Shown piece by piece: positions 61,223-64,000 of a stretch of 64,000 nt of DNA. How positions within the stretch are numbered: position 1 is the first letter of the stretch; the number at the start of each line of letters is the position of its first letter. This stretch comes from Camelus ferus (taxonomy: Eukaryota), in NCBI RefSeq assembly GCF_009834535.1, contig NC_045728.1:15066001-15130000 (forward strand). Reading direction: 5' to 3'. The notes under the pieces are model-generated. The model had not been told where the DNA came from and made no database searches. It worked only from the letters and a program-made list of their open reading frames with translations. Made by a program: the position numbers and the translations under genes.

Positions 61223-62959
61223 AGTGAGATCTGGAGAAGGAGAAGCATAAAGACACAGAACCAGAGAGGGATATGGGCTTGGACAAAGTCCCCAAGGCCC
61301 TCTTCCTGGAGGAAGTTTAGAAGGTTGTCCCGTCAGATCTCAAGGCCTGGACTATCTCAGGGACACATAGTAGGTGTCTCATAAGTGGTTATTTAATCAG
61401 TGAAGGGATTCAAGTGCTCCAGGTAGACCAAAGTCACTGCAGCAAGGATCCACATACAACCAACCACGGTCCACAGATTTTTCTAAGCCCCCACAGAGTC
61501 CAGGCTCTGCAGCTACACCAGCAGGCATTTTCAAGGGGCCGAATGTTGAGGACTTCTTCTACTGTCAGGTTCTCAGCTTCATCCTCGAGAGAAAGGTTTC
61601 TCTACTGATGCCCTCGCCTGACCTGTTTCCTTAAAAGCCTCTGTTGGGGCACAGTCATAGGAGCCAGGGTCTCAATCCTGCTCCCTTTGAATTTATAACT
61701 TAAGGGTTTAGGGAAGTTTATTGCTGTCATGCAGGAAGGGGAGGAGCCTTTTTACCCATTACTGGGTCCTGAGAAAACCTCCCCTTTCATTTGGGAGCCA
61801 GGCAGCCTAGGGACGGGTGGGCTGTCGATCACCAGAAGGTTCATTAGTTCTCCCCTCCTGGGGTCATCGGGCACAGAGGGAAAGCATTCCTGGCAGAGGC
61901 CAGGTGTGTGAGGTAGCAGCCCTAATGGGGCTCCCACTGCCCCCTTCTCAGGCCAACTCCAAAAGCCTGTGAAACCACCCTTGGCCAAGCCAGCCTGCCG
62001 CCACAGCTGTGGCACGTCTGAAGTCTCTTCATTGCATTCAGGGGAACAAATCTGTCGTGTTGTCTCCTCTTGACTTCCTTATTTTTACCCCAAGTGACTG
62101 GGAAGAACTTAGAGTCTCTAGAAGGCCAAGGGCAGTCCTTAGGGTCCTTAGGGGGGGGTGCCAGAGGAAAGGGAATGTAAAACTTGGATTAGCAGCAGCT
62201 AACAGGGCCAAGCTGCACCTGTCTCCAGCACCAAAGGACTGGTGATTCCTGGCTGTATCGATGGCTCTTGTGGAACTGCTTGTCCATCTCANNNNNNNNN
62301 NNNNNNNNNNNNNNNNNNNNNNNNNNNNNNNNNNNNNNNNNNNNNNNNNNNNNNNNNNNNNNNNNNNNNNNNNNNNNNNNNNNNNNNNNNNNNNNNNNNN
62401 NNNNNNNNNNNNNNNNNNNNNNNNNNNNNNNNNNNNNNNNNNNNNNNNNNNNNNNNNNNNNNNTTTTGGTGCAGAATAGGGGATGGGAACATCCATTAGT
62501 TGAGGGACATTTAGATAAACTTAGATAAAATTACATCTCACATACCTCAGACACCAGGAGTGTGCCCTGTACAAGACCCTCTCATCCTGGCCCTTGAAAA
62601 CCCTCCCATGAGCCCCTCTTCTCTGCATAACTAAATCTGATCTTTCTTTCAGCCTGGTGGGGAGATGCATGGGAGCAACAAATGAACAAAAGAGAATGAA
62701 GGGCCTGAAACAACTTTTTCAGATTTTTCGTATTTCCATATTTGACTTAATCCCCCAAATAATCACACACTGATCCACACTGATTGACTTGCATCTTCCC
62801 CCCTAATTTCGAGGATAAGAAAGAGTTGGCTTATATAGAAACAGGAGGAATTCCATTTGTCTATAGGGCTGGCACAATGCTTGGCATAAAGCAGGTGCTC
62901 AAAAATATGTTAATGAATGAACATGTGGCAGACACAGGGGAAACCTTTATAGTTGGGCA

Positions 62960-63180
62960 ATATTGTGGAAGGAGCATTGGAATCAGAGATAACTGGGTTC
63001 AAACTCTGGACCTGCTCCTGCCCACGTGCCTTGGGGCAGGTTATGTGACCGTCTCAGCTTCAAGTTTTTCTCACTAATAAAAGCAAAACTGGACAGCCCC
63101 ACTCTTCAGGGCTATGGTGAAAAACAACAGACAATGTGCATGCAGTGTGCAGCATAGTAGATAAAAAACAGTAGCTACTT
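62960..63180 (+). mobile_element. MIR SINE
   Basis: CTGGGTTCAAACTCTGG...CCTTGGGGCAGG...CTCAGCTTCAAGTTTTTCTCAC...GCAGCATAGTAG. Confidence 0.62.
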
Positions 63181-64000
63181 TTATGATTGTTTTTAGCCGT
63201 CGGAACCACGCCAACTCAGGTTATGGAGAATGTTAACAAGAAGGATGGACAGTTCTCTCTTAGGATTATTAGAGGACTGTCCTGCCTAGAAGGGGAAGGA
63301 CAGGGAGACGAACACTTGAGGCCCAAGCCTGCCTTGGGATCCTAGGATTCTGGACTCCCATTGCGTGAGAAGTGCTTGTTTCCTGCTGCCCGGGAGAGCC
63401 AGGCGCTGGAGCAGAACATAAGCAGCCATGTCACACAGTCTTCCAGGAGATGTGGGCGCTGAAAGCCCAGCAGGGGGTACCTGCTTCTCTCCTCGTCTCT
63501 CTTGTTCGCTCTTTTTCTCACCATCATATAAAGACAGTCCCATAGGACCACATCCATACCCACCAGACACTCAGCGGCCAGTGCAGCTTCTAGTAAGGGT
63601 TATGGGTTGTCTTAGGTGCCAGAACACAATTTTCTTCCCCACTTCCCAGAGACTAATCTTTAGAGGGTAGAGAATGTGTCCCTTCTCTCAAAACAAAGAT
63701 GTATTTTGGGCATCGTACGTGTAGAATGCTGATAAAGGTGGGGAACAAGGATTTTTTAACCCAAGCATGGGCAGGATGGGAGGCTGTGGCAGAATGAGTT
63801 AGACACCAGGCAATTTGCAAGGGCAACACGAGAGACCTGTCTCCTTGGTTACAACTCCATGACCACTAGCATTTTCACAGGTGGGTGGCCACTGGCACCA
63901 GAGCCAACCAGAGGACTGTGGCATCTCACACTCACCACCGCAGCTTCTGTTTTTCACTCGAACCTTCTCCTGTCTTCTTTTGATCTCTCACTCCCTTGTG

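Larger units (their letters stand above)
9141..62463. other. Assembly gaps (N-runs): 9141-9304, 13550-13688, 14385-14604, 16156-16295, 16324-16535, 20284-20428, 54940-55223, 55236-55383, 62292-62463
   Basis: Direct reading. True gap sizes are unknown, so distances across gaps are approximate. Confidence 0.97.

Noticed and set aside
56000-64000. HTR3A 3' exons expected upstream of ZBTB16 by human synteny
   Set aside because: I recognised no Cys-loop receptor coding sequence in any frame. The gene probably lies beyond the right edge.
1-64000. CRISPR arrays, operons or prokaryotic/viral systems
   Set aside because: The sequence is mammalian with spliceosomal introns and mammalian repeats. I saw no repeat-spacer arrays and no non-retroviral viral ORFs.

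Overview
Mammalian genomic DNA, probably camelid judging from two tRNA-derived Vic-1-like SINEs. It is a draft assembly with nine N-gaps. The window holds the 5' end of ZBTB16 (PLZF) on the minus strand: a CpG-island promoter, non-coding exon 1 (~30095-29926), a 3.07-kb intron 1, and exon 2 (26857-25500, with 90 nt of UTR plus 1268 coding nt for the BTB domain, the central region and most of zinc finger 1). The first 25.5 kb of the large intron 2 runs off the left edge. The ~34 kb upstream contains a LAMTOR1 processed pseudogene cut inside its ATG, a tandem SINE plus orphan poly(A) retro-insertion sharing a triplicated target site, L1/L2/CR1/MIR/MLT/MER repeats, CTCF motifs and several candidate enhancers. 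I found no convincing novel multi-gene system. The best leads are two uORFs in the ZBTB16 leader, candidate steroid-receptor/AP-1, RUNX/GATA and ETS-IRF/octamer enhancers, and the retro-insertion histories. Comparisons with human sequences are from memory, motif calls were made by eye and not exhaustively, and most repeat boundaries are approximate.
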